Shown here one piece after another: positions 26,412 to 34,548 of a DNA stretch of 64,000 nt; the stretch's first letter is position 1, and the number at the start of each line of letters is the position of its first letter. A program made the position numbers and the translations under genes. Origin of the DNA: Podarcis cretensis (Eukaryota); NCBI GenBank assembly GCA_951804945.1, contig OX638153.1, positions 72,168,001 to 72,232,000 on the forward strand. Reading direction: 5' to 3'. The notes beneath the pieces are model-generated. The model ran no database searches and was not told the origin of the DNA. It was given only the letters and a program-made list of their open reading frames with translations.

Positions 26412-29400
26412 ACAGAGTTCATCATAGGGAACTGTGGATTATGGCTTGTGACTGTTTAGTTTGTGTTTAGAACTTATGGATAGATTGTGCTTGAAACGAA
26501 ACCTGTTGTGGAAGTGATCTTTTCCCCAAAAAACTCTTGCTCAGATCAGAGTTGGGATCCACACAGGGCCTGTCCTTGCTGGAGTTGTTGGAGAAAAAAT
26601 GCCACGTTATTGCTTGTTTGGAGACACAGTGAATATAGCATCCCGGATGGAGAGCCATGGGGTACCAAGCAAAATTCACCTGAGTGCCAGCGTTCATCAG
26701 TGAGTAAGCTCTGAGACAATCCATTAATAGTGCTTTGCACTGAACTCTTGACTTGGCATATGTCTCTGAATATCAGCTGCTGGGGAGCACCCACACCCAC
26801 CCACCCTTGTGATAGGATAGTGTCTGATTTCTTATTGGAGCTACTTTAAAAGTATTTAGATTTGTTCCCAAATTAGTGGAGTTAATTACCAAATGTTTCC
26901 TTCCTACAAAAATACATGTCATTTACATTTTGGCTGTTGAGCTCTACTTTACTGGGGAATGGTGATTTTTGTGGTTGTGGTTTTGAAAATACAAGATAGA
27001 TGATGGCACGATTTAGAGCACAGAAGTTCCTAAAATGATTTGTTCACAGATGATGGTGACCTAGCTGTATCAACATCATCCAAAAAGAATCCTTAGATTC
27101 TGGGTGTAGATTCAACCTTCCACACTCAAGATCCCCTAGGGTTAACGTGAGATCCTTGTTTTGCTGAAAATTGCAGTGGGATCATTTTTAGTGTAGCAAT
27201 TTGGGTGGTGACATGGAATGTCGTGTTTGTCTGCCCTGGCTGAGATGTACTTTAAATGCATGTTACAAGAGAACAATGTGGAGAAAGGCATTAATGTAGA
27301 CAAGAAGCCTTATAAGAATCCTTGCTTCTGTGAAGGGATGAATTACTGCAATAAAATGCATGTTTCCACCTGCGCTTTCTGCATTTTAAAGAAAATAGCC
27401 ATTGACTTTAATTAATTCTGAATGAGTGGATTTTTATTTTTTTTAGATTCTAGTATTTATTTATAGCATCTTACCTGAATGGCCCCCACCAATTTGCACT
27501 GAACACTGGGACATAAGCATCATTGTATAAGAACAGTGATATTGCTAAGTGCTGACAAAAGGGCAGGCACAGTTCATGCCATTCAGGACACTGTCATAAC
27601 ACCACTAATATTTCAGGCAGGTGCAGAGCCTGTGCTTGAAGGTGTTGGGCTGTGAGTTCAGAGCCATCATTCTATAGCCATGAGTCAAGCATTTCAATGC
27701 ATGTCGTTTTATAGGCTTCTGCTAGTTAAATTACCATTGTGTCACCATTCCAGGTCTTTCAATAGAACCTTATCTATGTTGAACTTTCCACATTAGAGGC
27801 TGATATAATTATTGTCATTGCGCCATTTTCATAACCCACTGCTTAGATGTGCTGCTTTATTTATGTTTCAGGTGCCTAAAGGACAAGAATTTTGAAATGA
27901 TGGAAAGGGGAGAAATTGATGTAAAGGGCAAAGGGAAAATGCACACTTACTTCCTGGTCCGAAATACAATGGCAACTGAGGATGAGGTCATGGGAAGACC
28001 ACCGAGGGATCCTGTTCCCAGCCATGAATCTGCTCAACTGTCTCTCGAGTGCAGCGCTGAAGCATTCCAAAGCACATGTCCACAAGGTAGAGGAAGGAGA
28101 ACAAATGGACTCCTTTTTATTTCATCATTTTGCTGTTTCTGATGCTCAGGCCATGAGTGCCCTTGCTTATGTTGTCAGCAGGGCATCACCCATCATGCAC
28201 TTTATCACATACACAGCCCAACAAGATAACAACAAGAATCTGCCCACAGCACAGGAATCAATCTGCAATAATAGCAATCAACACACACACACACCACTCA
28301 AACACAAAAACAAATCTCACTACAGCCAGCCAAAGACAACCAATCACACCCTAGGCCACCCCCAACATCTCTCACTACCAAGGAAATGCAACAAGCAAAT
28401 AGTAAGAGAACCCACATGTGATGCTGACACAAAACCCCACACATACATTAAGTAGAAGAATAGAAGCAGGGCCACCCCACCCCACTCACCATTCCTCCCT
28501 CCACCTCTTCCCCCCTTTTCTTCCTAATGTAATGCTAATGTCTCACAACAAATGAAACTGATCTGTAGAAAACGCAGCTTGAAAAAAGAGACATTGCGGG
28601 TATTTTTGTAAACTAAGAAATCTTAATAAAAATATATTTGAGAGAGAGAGGGAGAGGGAGGAAGAGAGAGATCAGCAGGCTTGAGGGAACTCCAAAGTTA
28701 ACAGAAACATAAAATATTTTTTTTTTGATATTGCGAAACAAGGGACTCCAAGGGAAGTGAGCAAGCTAACCATGGAAAGCTGACTGAATTTTGAGGGGTG
28801 GGGAACAGAAAACCAGGTGGAAGGCAAAACAACATGGAGTATTGTGTTGGAGGACATGGCTGACTTACTGGAAAAGTTAACAGGAGAAGCCATACTGCAA
28901 TATTTTGATGCAGGACCCAGCTGTAAAAAATAAATGACACGTACCTATTTCTATTCCTTTTCAGATTCAGATGAGACATCGCTTCCTATCATAGCAATGA
29001 AATATGCAGATAGCCCCATAGAAGCACACACCAGCGTCAAAGGAAGAAATGAATCAAGAGCAAAGGACTTCGCAGGTACAGTGGTACCTCGGGTTACATA
29101 CGCTTCAGGTTACGGACGCTTCAGGTTACAGACTCCGCTAACCCAGAAATAGTACCTCGGGTTAAAAACTTTGCTTCAGGATGAGAACAGAAATCGCACA
29201 GTGGCGGTGCAGCAGTAGCGGGAGGCCCCATTAGAGAAGCGGTGCTTCAGGTTAAGAACAGTTTCAGGTTAAGAATGGACCTCCAGAACAAATTAAGTTC
29301 TTTACCTGAGGTACCACTGTATTAAGAAGTCAGGCAGAAGTTAGGGTTTGTGGGAATGGGGCTATGATACACCCCACCTCTGGGGTGGGGCAATGGTCCT

Positions 29401-30845
29401 GAGGGGCTCTATCCTTGGTAGCAGTGACCAAGGCCAGCAGCCAAGCTGCCTGCCCAGCCCTGCCAAGCCGCCTCCCACCCACCCAATGGGTCTCCTCACA
29501 GGAAGGCAGGGAGGGAAGAGGTGGAGACAGAGAATGACAACAGAAAGAATGTAATCTGGGGCATGGAGGGGCACCCTGCCACCACCTTCACCATCAAGAG
29601 TAGGATGGGTGCCAGAGGGAAGAGGGCAGCAATGTGGGGGGCACAGTGTGATGATTTGCCCTGCCCCCACCCTCCCAGGGACAGTCCTGTCAGGATTCCA
29701 ATAACTTCAACCTTTGATGGGAGACACAGCAGTCATGTTTGCCTTGTTGCCCTGCACTAAGAAATAACTTGATGTTGATAAATAACTCTATGATTCTATG
29801 ATACTGACATCATATGATGCACCAGTTTGCATTCACGCTACTGGCTCTCAAATCACAGCACATTCAAGTTAGTGGCTGAGTAGAGGCATAGCAAGGGTAG
29901 GTATTCATTTGGGAAGAAGGAAAACAGTCCAACCCACAAACTAACCTATAGCTTCTGGAGATATTTCAAGGCAAGAAGCCTGACTTTTGCTTGTTTTAGC
30001 TTTGGGTTTTATGTACATTCTCATGTTACTAGAGAGATGAAGCTCTGTGTTAGAAAATGCATGCAGTATAAAATGATTGAATTATGGTGCAAATGTCTTT
30101 TCTTTTCTTTTGTCAAGAATACATGGTCTGGAAAGCCATAGCATGTATTAGATGAAAAAAATGCTCATTCAAACTTTATATCAGTATTTCTATCCAGCAG
30201 GTCTTGTGGCCCCTGTGAAATGGGAGGCTGTTTCAGAGTAGCTTTTAAAGAAAATCTCTCAATGTGTTCCAAGCAAAATCTTTGTCCTATAGTACTCAAA
30301 TATATATTGATGAGGCAAGAAGACACCTAAAAAGGGTTTATTCTCCACAGAGTGGAGTGTAGAGGGGTGTTGGGAGAGGATTCCTTCAACATAACACTGA
30401 GATAGCCAACACGGTGCCCACTAGATGTTGTCGCACTACAACTCCCATCATGCTGGCTGGGGGTGATGGGAGTTGGAGTCCAATAACATCTGGAGGGCAC
30501 TGCATTGGGTATCCCTGATGTAGCACATAGCACTTGGCACTGAAAACAGAGCTTCTCATCGCGGTTCTCTCCATTCTCAGGCTTTAAAATTACCCCAGAT
30601 TTTCAAGATCATGTTAGACTCAGGCTTGATGCTGTTATTAAGACAGGGCCCGCCATCTTTAAGAGCTCTCATGGAAGGAACATGTCTTTACAGGCAAACC
30701 TCGTGATTCAGAGACCAATGTAAGTCTCCATGGTGACCAGCAGTCAAGCAAAGATCCTTATCATCTTACACAAGGCAGAAGCAAGCCAGCAGCAGCGGCT
30801 CCGCGGATCAGGAACGTCCGATCCAATTTCTGCAATTTGCTTTAA
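10708..30845 (+). CDS. GUCY1B2-like: Soluble guanylate cyclase subunit beta-2-like gene, 16 coding exons, 2337 nt / 778 aa (span of spliced CDS)
   Basis: All 15 introns are GT-AG and exon phases join into one open frame: [13 protein letters not shown]... (H-NOX start), LDALHSYL (heme His103), YYSDR (YxSxR), FPFH-like PAS region, LERKKEEL coiled coil, [32 protein letters not shown] cyclase motifs, ending CNLL*. The beta-2 type is indicated by the retained first metal Asp and the CaaX tail. Confidence 0.93.
12037..12718 (-). mobile_element. 5'-truncated L1 in cyclase intron 1
   Basis: ORF2 C-terminus CWKC...HMWWSC...[10 protein letters not shown] (12268-12699), 3'UTR and A-tail; 15-bp TSD TTTGCTCCTGTTTCT at 12022-12036 and 12719-12733. 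Confidence 0.93.
13245..13318 (+). CDS. GUCY1B2-like: sGC beta-2-like exon 2
   Basis: ttttgcag|TAT GGC TTC... [25 protein letters not shown] |gtaatt; 74 nt. Confidence 0.93.
13771..14280 (-). mobile_element. Possible solo LTR
   Basis: LTR-like composition with TGTATATATGTGTAAATAAACC on minus; ends and TSD not resolved with certainty. Confidence 0.35.
14961..15482. mobile_element. Two head-to-head L2 3' ends
   Basis: 14961-15170 is the minus-strand 3' end with (TAA)n; 15171-15482 is the plus-strand 3' end of the same family as 46860-47700. Confidence 0.8.
16120..16214 (+). CDS. GUCY1B2-like: sGC beta-2-like exon 3
   Basis: ttacag| [31 protein letters not shown] |gtacgt; 95 nt. Confidence 0.92.
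16608..16747. repeat. Palindromic MITE-like repeat
   Basis: CACATTTAAAGCACATGACTTTCCC ... GGGAAAGTCATGTGCTTTAAATGTG. Confidence 0.7.
16817..16977 (+). CDS. GUCY1B2-like: sGC beta-2-like exon 4 (proximal heme His)
   Basis: tcccag| [16 protein letters not shown]...[15 protein letters not shown] |gtaagt; His codon at 16951-16953. Confidence 0.95.
17468..17567 (+). CDS. GUCY1B2-like: sGC beta-2-like exon 5 (YxSxR)
   Basis: tttcag| [33 protein letters not shown] |gtatgt. Confidence 0.95.
18882..19102 (+). CDS. GUCY1B2-like: sGC beta-2-like exon 6
   Basis: cttcag| [39 protein letters not shown]...QLNKE |gtactg. Confidence 0.88.
19553..19664 (+). CDS. GUCY1B2-like: sGC beta-2-like exon 7 (linker)
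   Basis: ccacag| DTERATNK...[16 protein letters not shown] |gtaaaa; phase 0 to 1 is required to join exons 6 and 8. Confidence 0.8.
20286..20389 (+). CDS. GUCY1B2-like: sGC beta-2-like exon 8
   Basis: ttgcag| [35 protein letters not shown] |gtgagt (start of HNOBA/PAS). Confidence 0.92.
21348..21564 (+). CDS. GUCY1B2-like: sGC beta-2-like exon 9
   Basis: tttaag| [17 protein letters not shown]...[16 protein letters not shown]...MLELR |gtaact. Confidence 0.92.
22171..22314. repeat. 70-bp tandem duplication (2 copies, 1 mismatch) in an LTR-like segment
   Basis: CAGTCGCTGTGATGTTC[G/A]AACTGG...GAGAACATGC x2. Confidence 0.9.
22512..22832 (+). CDS. GUCY1B2-like: sGC beta-2-like exon 10 (PAS end, coiled coil)
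   Basis: aatcag| [18 protein letters not shown]...[14 protein letters not shown]...[22 protein letters not shown] |gtgaat. Confidence 0.95.
23707..23855 (+). CDS. GUCY1B2-like: sGC beta-2-like exon 11 (cyclase start)
   Basis: ttgcag| [50 protein letters not shown] |gtcagt. Confidence 0.95.
23916..24094. mobile_element. Non-autonomous hAT element
   Basis: Perfect 12-bp TIR CAGTGGCGTAGC and 8-bp TSD GATGTCAA on both sides; internal ~22-bp tandem repeats. Confidence 0.92.
25350..25496 (+). CDS. GUCY1B2-like: sGC beta-2-like exon 12
   Basis: ttaaag| [15 protein letters not shown]...NPVSGNPIQ |gtgagt. Confidence 0.95.
26545..26699 (+). CDS. GUCY1B2-like: sGC beta-2-like exon 13
   Basis: gctcag| [51 protein letters not shown] |gtgagt. 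Confidence 0.95.
27872..28086 (+). CDS. GUCY1B2-like: sGC beta-2-like exon 14
   Basis: tttcag| [31 protein letters not shown]...STCPQ |gtagag; the 3' boundary is less certain (weak donor). Confidence 0.85.
28965..29075 (+). CDS. GUCY1B2-like: sGC beta-2-like exon 15 (low-conservation tail)
   Basis: ccttttcag| [18 protein letters not shown]...RAKDFA |gtacag; 111 nt, phase 1-1, open. Confidence 0.6.
29079..29319. mobile_element. Tc1/mariner-type MITE inserted in the exon 15 splice donor
   Basis: TA | CAGTGGTACCTC ... GAGGTACCACTG | TA; near-identical to 2181-2422. Confidence 0.92.
30694..30845 (+). CDS. GUCY1B2-like: sGC beta-2-like terminal exon ending in CaaX box CNLL*
   Basis: ctttacag| [14 protein letters not shown]...[17 protein letters not shown]; phase matches; CaaX as in rodent beta-2 (CVVL). 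Confidence 0.8.
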
Positions 30846-31229
30846 GAAGCTCCTGAGTTTTAAAGTCGAAGAGTACAAGTGTGTTCTGTAATGTAATGTT
30901 TTGCTGTTGCTCTCCTGGAGTCCTGACTTCGCACACAGTAGTAGTACATCAAGTGCACTGATATTGACATATTTTGAAATCACTGGTAGCAATAATGAAG
31001 CAAACTCTGGGCATTTCCCTGTTTGCAGTCTTGACTTGTTTTCTGTGTATGAACATGACACATCTTGTTGTGTGAGATTGAAGGGAGTTGTGCTCCAGAT
31101 GTCCGCGTATTTAAAAGTCTTTGTCACCTTATCCCCAAACTGTGTTTGACTTCCAAAAAAAAAAAAGAAAAAGAAAGTAGAAACATAGGAGGATATAATT
31201 GGCATGGCAGTGCATTTAAGCTTTACTAA

Positions 31230-31503
31230 GGGCTCATCCAGACTTTGCTTTTGTGCTGAGTTTTCTAGGCACAGCTCTGCGCTTTAAAGCTCTGTGCTCA
31301 AGCGCCCCCCCCCCAGTGCTTTCCCCACAAAATCCCACTCTTTACCACTGAATCAGAGCAAGTGGCAAATTGCCATTTGTTCCGATTCAGTGCTAAAGTC
31401 TTCCTGGGGAAAGTGGTGGAGGAAAACAAAGAGCTCAGACATGGACCAGGAATGGTCCTGTGCCTGGGAAAGCATGGGGCAAAAGGTGAGTGTGGATGAC
31501 CCC
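31230..31503. mobile_element. PIF/Harbinger-type MITE
   Basis: TAA | GGGCTCATCCAGACT ... AGTGTGGATGACCCC | TAA (3-bp TAA TSD). Confidence 0.75.
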
Positions 31504-31710
31504 TAAGACAATGGTCAGTGGAAGCTGTTTCACTTAGAATTTAAATTGCCCAATATCCCCTGCCCCTCTTGCTCTCTACACCCACATACACAAACAGTAT
31601 GATATAGGGATCTGCGTGTTTTCCTTTTAAGGATGAAAGCAGCCCAGAGAAGGATTTGCAGCTGGAAGGAAAGAGTTACATAGCTCCTTTCCCCTCCCCT
31701 CAGTCCTGTA

Positions 31711-32067
31711 AAAGGTAAAGGTAAAGGGACCCCTGACCATTAGGTCCAGTCGTGGCCGACTCTGGGGTTGCAGAGCTCATCTCGCTTTATTGGCTGAGGG
31801 AGCCGGCATACAGCTTTCAGGTCATGTGGCCAGCATGACGAAGCCGCTTCTGGCGAACCAGAGCAGCGCACGGAAACATCGTTTACCTTCCCGCCGGAGT
31901 GGTACCTATTTATCTACTTGCACTCTGACGTGCTTTCGAACTTCTAGGTTGGCAGGAGCAGGGACCGAGCAATAGGAGCTCACCCTGTTGCGGGGATTCG
32001 AACTGCCGACCTTCTGATCGGCAAGTCCTAGGCTCTGTGGTTTAACCCACAGCACCACCCGCGTCCC
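31711..32067 (-). mobile_element. Sauria SINE in the putative cyclase 3'UTR
   Basis: (AAAGGT)n tail, GGATTCGAAC box, CGCGTCCC end; TSD CCCCTCAGTCCTGTA at 31696-31710 and 32065-32079 (partly overlapping the SINE head). Confidence 0.93.
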
Positions 32068-32335
32068 CTCAGTCCTGTACTAGGCCCTGAAACACCTTCA
32101 CTAGCATTACATGGAAAAAAAGAGAACAGAATGTATTTTGATTTCACCCACAACTGTTTTATATCTTAGTTTTACCCATGTTAGTAAAAATCAGAAAAGG
32201 TTAGCAGCCATGGTTGCCATGCATAGCTCACTGGAAATCGATGGCTGGTTTCCAAGCAAATTCCATATATGCAGATCTGTATGAGTGTCACTGTGAAGGC
32301 ACCTTCCTGGTGTTTGGTATAGTTTCTACTTGGAC

Positions 32336-32341
32336 AATAAA
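32336..32341 (+). terminator. Candidate polyadenylation signal of the cyclase gene
   Basis: First AATAAA I found downstream of the stop at 30845, followed by T/GT-rich sequence. Confidence 0.5.
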
Positions 32342-32459
32342 TGTTTTATATGAGACATCAAATTAGCACTCGCTTTTGTGGCATGAAAGGAAGCGCCTAT
32401 CACTTGCAAAGTGATCTTTTAGTAAGAATGTCATTCTTTGCCAAAGGCCTCGTTATTGT

Positions 32460-33420
32460 GAAATGTTTCAAGTAGGGAAACCCCAACTCCCTCAACAATT
32501 CCTCATAAGCACCATCACCTCTCTGGATCTGGACACCACACCTCTGTTGATTCAGCCCAGAACAACACCAGCCTTTTTTGCTGCTGCATCACACTGTTGA
32601 CTCATGTTAAGCCTGTGGTCCACCATGACCCCCAGAACCTCATGCATCCCCGGCAAGCCAGATGTTGCCCATCCCATACCTGTGCAGCTGGTCACTCCTG
32701 CCCAAGTGCAGAACCTTACATATGTCCCCACTGAAATTCATTTTGTCTGTTCTGGCCCAGCTCTCCAATCTGTCAAGGTCATCCTGAATCCCAGTTCTGT
32801 TCTCCACAGCATTAGCCACCCTCCCAGCTTAGTGTCATCTGCAAACGTAATGAGCATCCCCTCAATTCCTTCAACCAGCTAGTTTCTAAAGGTGCTGAAC
32901 AACAATGGGCCCAAGATCCTGTGGCCCCCCACTTGTCACTTTCTTCCAGAATGATGAGGAACTACCAGTGAGTACTCTTTGGGCTCAGTCTGCCAATCAG
33001 ATACAAATCCACCTAACAGTTACTGCATCCAACCCATGCCCCACTAGCCTCTCTGCAAGAATATCATGGGGGCCTTACTGAAATCCAGATACACTATGTC
33101 CACAGCATTCCCCTGATCCACCAAGCCTGTGATTCCATGAAAAAAAGAAATGTGAGTCATCTGGCATGACTTGCTTTTGAGAAAGCCATGCTGGGTCCTA
33201 GCAATCACAGAATCTTCCTCTAAGTGCTCACAGACCAACTGTTGAATTATCTGCTCTAGGACCTCTCCTGGTATTGACGTTAAGGTGACTGGTCAGCAGT
33301 CATCTGGGTCTCCACACTTTTTGAAGATGAGGACATTTGCCCACCTCCAGTCTGCAGGAACCTCACCTGTTCTCCAAGTATTCTCAAGGATTATGGACAG
33401 TGGCTCTGAGATTGCACCCA
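32460..33420 (-). mobile_element. CR1 LINE fragment (RT region, decayed)
   Basis: QHGFLKSKSCQ...VDQGNAVDIVYLDFSKA CR1 RT motif; boundaries approximate. Confidence 0.85.
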
Positions 33421-33938
33421 CACTCTTGAGTGTCAGCATTCAGCTTGCCAAGCATCTTTGAGGACCTTTTGCCTCTTCTAATCTCATGGCCATTGACCTC
33501 ACTCTTGCCTGGGTTGTATCCAGACTCCTATCTTGCTCCATGTAGACTCACTGAAATCAATTAAGTTAGTTATGGCTAACTTAAGTCCCAATTATTTCAT
33601 TGGGTCTACTTTAAGCATAACATAGTCTGGACCCTAGGTCTGATCCAGCAATGCTCTTATGGTCTTCCTTCTTCAGGAATATTTAGCTAGAGGAAACTAG
33701 CCATCAAATCTTGAGTTTGGAAAATGAAAATGCCTACTCATGGAAGCTGGTTTAATATCTCCTGCTAGTAACAGTTTAATTACAAGAGCAATTAAACGCA
33801 TATATCAGTCATCAGGTACTGTCTGAGCAAGCATAGCAAAAAGGGAATACTTAAAATCCACCATGTTTTAATATGTATGTTTTTAGTAATTTGTCAGAAT
33901 GTTTCAGGGGCTAAATGCAAATGGACACAAACCAAACT

Positions 33939-33944
33939 TTTATT
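33939..33944 (-). terminator. Candidate polyadenylation signal of CCDC195
   Basis: tttatt on +, about 470 nt past the CCDC195 stop. Confidence 0.4.
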
Positions 33945-34415
33945 ATTTGAAAGACAGATACGCTCCTGTATTTCTTTCACATACTTTTTAAAGCTTTATA
34001 AAATAGACACTATCTCCTCTTCTTTACAAGTTTCTATATTTCTGGCAGTTTGAGCAGTAAAGGGAGGTTATAATACACGCTCTTAAAAAGACCACAGTGA
34101 ACACTGTTATATAAAATGCTGTTTAATGGGGTTCTGGAAATAAACCATGAAGTAAAAAATAAAATAAAATACAGCAGAGAGGCATTTGTTATCAGTGGGT
34201 TTCTTTCAGCCCCCACACAGGCTTTTGACAGTCTCTGTCACAGGTTCCCCCCCCCCCTTGCAAAACAATCTGCCAATGACCTGCAGTGCTGGCCCGGGTG
34301 ATTCTTTGAGGGCATTCTGCCAAACAGCTTTGCAGAAATGTAATCTGATGCAGGGCTCTCACTTCAGGCGAGTTTATCTCTGAAGTCAACGGTGGCCCTT
34401 TAAATATTCACCGGC

Positions 34416-34548
34416 TCACATGTCCTTTTCAATAATGGTGCTTAACTGTTTTGTGTTCTGATTCTGCGAGCATGTGAAAGAGCCTTGATTTTCTGAATAA
34501 CGTGACATGTCCATGGGTAACAGGAAACTGACAGCCTTTACTTTACCC
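34416..34548 (-). CDS. CCDC195: CCDC195 exon 3
   Basis: ttccctag| GKVKAVSFLLPMDMSRYSENQGSFTCSQNQNTKQLSTIIEKDM TGA; too short for the ORF track. Confidence 0.9.
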
